64,000 nucleotides of DNA, taken from positions 40,770 to 104,769 of the forward strand of contig JBNGIO010006119.1 of NCBI GenBank assembly GCA_049999805.1. Direction: 5' to 3'. The notes under the pieces were generated by a model. The model was given only the letters and a program-made list of their open reading frames with translations, had not been told where the DNA came from and did not search any database. The DNA comes from Folioceros fuciformis (Eukaryota). Shown here one piece after another: positions 62,943 through 64,000 of this stretch. The position numbers and the translations under genes are program-made. Within the stretch, counting starts at the first letter, position 1, and every line of letters begins with the position of its first letter.

Positions 62943-63605
62943 TTACTCCATCACCACAGTAGCCCCCACGGCCTTGAGCTTCTCAATAATCTGCTCCGCC
63001 TCTTCCTTGCTCACTCCCTTCTTCAGAATGCAAGGCGTCTTCTCCACCAGCTCCTTGGCCTCCTTGAGACCTAGCGAGGTGAAGGTTCTCACCTCCTTGA
63101 TAACCTTGATCTTGGAAGCCGCGTCGTACTTGTCCAACTTCAAATCAAAAGCTGTCTTCTCAGGAGCCTTTTCCTCCACTCTAGGAGCCGCAGCGGCGCC
63201 CCCGCCACCGCCCCCTCCCATCATGGGAACCCCCATAGGCAAGTCCTTAAGCCCCAGCCGCTGCTTCAGCAGCTTGGTCATATCCGCCACCTCCAGCAGC
63301 GTCAGGGATGATATCTCGTCCACCAGACGAAGAATCTTCTCCGAAGGCGGGCTCCTCTGCTCGGTGGGATCCACCTCCGCCGGCTGCACAGCTGCCCGAA
63401 GTTTCTCCTTCCCCGCTCGGAACTCCCTCACAGCTGCATAATTGAATCCCCGCCTGCTCCATCCATCCGGCAGAGCTACCGGCCCCGGCAGCAGCTTCTC
63501 CTCCCAGCAGCCAGCCTGCGCCTGCCCGCGCATCGCCCTGGCATCCGCATATCGCCACCTCCCTCGTTGCAGCAAATGCCTGCCCCTCACCAGCCTGGTT
63601 GTCAT
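62943..63605 (-). CDS. RPL12: Nucleus-encoded organellar (probably mitochondrial) ribosomal protein L7/L12
   Basis: Arg-rich presequence; LVDEISSLTLLEVAD; EKTAFDLKL..KIKVIKEVR..LGLKEAKELVEK.P..KEEAE..GATVVME. Confidence 0.92.
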   Translation of the reverse strand: MTTRLVRGRHLLQRGRWRYADARAMRGQAQAGCWEEKLLPGPVALPDGWSRRGFNYAAVREFRAGKEKLRAAVQPAEVDPTEQRSPPSEKILRLVDEISSLTLLEVADMTKLLKQRLGLKDLPMGVPMMGGGGGGGAAAAPRVEEKAPEKTAFDLKLDKYDAASKIKVIKEVRTFTSLGLKEAKELVEKTPCILKKGVSKEEAEQIIEKLKAVGATVVME

Positions 63606-64000
63606 AATGCCGCCCTCGCCCGCCGCCTCCCCCGTCAAGATATCATGCCGCCACCTCCCTCACGGCTCCTCGGACCGCCGCATCGGCAGCAGTCACAACC
63701 ACCAGCCCCTCCGAATTTCTCTAGCACAAGATCCGCCTCCTTTCGCACGCACTAATCCTCTAATGGACCATCCACCGGCAGCAACTCTACAGCGAGACGC
63801 CAAGGCAGGCAGGCAAGCTCTACCCACGAACCTTAGGTCACACTCGCTCTTGCTCGACTGCCTCGCCTCACACACCCCCACGCTCTCCAGGCTACGAGAG
63901 CAGCGGATGCCGACCCGTAGATCGCCGCGCGAGGGATCCCTTTCCCGGCTCACCCGTTGCCGCCCTCCGTCGGCATCGCCAACTACGTCAGAGAAGCCAA

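Noticed and set aside
9303..63605. A functional gene cluster among the intact genes
   Set aside because: The products belong to unrelated pathways; this looks like an ordinary gene-dense arm.

Overview
Eukaryotic nuclear DNA from a compact-genome, non-seed land plant. Short GT-AG introns, PLS-class PPR relics and a flagellar gene point to a bryophyte or lycophyte; hornwort is my best guess, by inference only. Genes recognised from translated motifs, in order: 3' end of CFAP43; a broken PLS-PPR pseudogene region interrupted by a TORNADO1-like LRR-Roc relic; a CHY/RING E3 ligase; a TBL10/11-like O-acetyltransferase; an intronless TRAPPC10; allantoinase; two orphan ORFs; SGF11; POLD4; a small helical-repeat protein; an LEA_2/NHL protein; PCH2; long-form tRNase Z; an intronless BTB-BACK-SPRY-like protein; and organellar ribosomal protein L7/L12. 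A transposon island at about 35.6-43.1 kb holds copia remnants and two diverged copies of an RLE-type (CRE-like) non-LTR retrotransposon, one nearly full length. No tRNA, rRNA or CRISPR array was seen. Exon boundaries were read by eye and no database searches were run.
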